Assembly (NCBI GenBank): GCA_015522685.1
Contig: WALU01000045.1
Span: 1 to 27,173, forward strand
Direction of reading: 5' to 3'
From: Thermoproteota archaeon
GTDB taxonomy: Archaea; Korarchaeota; Korarchaeia; Korarchaeales; Korarchaeaceae
DNA: 27,173 bases
Below the pieces are notes generated by a model that had not been told where the DNA came from, ran no database searches, and saw only the letters and a program-made list of their open reading frames with translations. The stretch's first letter is position 1; every line of letters starts with the position of its first letter. This document shows positions 26,957-27,173 of this stretch, piece by piece. The position numbers and the translations under genes are program-made.

Positions 26957-27173
26957 ATGAAAACGGCACTATGTCGTGAAGGAGGCAGCTAGGACAATTC
27001 AACGATGGAATAAGGCTGGGAAGATAAATACATCTGCATTCCAAGAGGCAGGAGGAGAGTTCCAGAGAGTGAGCAGAGAGTAAAAGGAGGATAATCAGTT
27101 CAAGTGAAGATCTAGTCATGGGCTACACTAAAGTGCCTTCAAGGTTGCGGAAGGATGGAATATATTAGAGGAC
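26957..27173 (+). mobile_element. IS607-family serine transposase (tnpA) remnant, runs off the window
   Basis: Manual translation across frameshifts: RHYVVKEAA..RTIQRWNKAGKI...PRGRRRVPESE...MGYTKVPS; matches the IS607 TnpA HTH and a degenerate GYARVSS. Confidence 0.8.

Noticed and set aside
26928-27119. 63-aa minus-strand ORF
   Set aside because: Antisense to the IS607 tnpA remnant.
1-27173. CRISPR arrays, tRNA or rRNA genes
   Set aside because: No regularly spaced repeats, cloverleaf-like or rRNA-like GC-rich segments seen by eye.

Overview
Archaeal (thermophilic TACK-like; Korarchaeia is plausible but unverified) chromosomal window. Left: a pyrimidine operon pyrF-pyrE-pyrB-pyrI-pyrK, then a decayed 1.2-kb gap with two small antitoxin-like ORFs and no pyrD, then pyrC; purA lies upstream of pyrF. 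Right: argG-argH-elp3 and an IS607 transposase remnant. Between them (about 7.6-21 kb) is an apparent proline/hydroxyproline catabolic island. It holds a DUF4125-like protein, a glycyl radical enzyme with its activase, a Liv-type ABC importer, unannotated pseudogene remnants of a proline-racemase-family gene and an SDR, and a divergent pair of an HdrF/FadF-like membrane Fe-S protein and an Aeropyrum-type L-proline dehydrogenase. The glycyl radical enzyme closely resembles hydroxyproline dehydratase HypD but has GCVT instead of the catalytic GCVE, which makes it the best candidate here for undescribed radical chemistry. All family assignments come from motif recognition and recalled reference sequences, not from searches.
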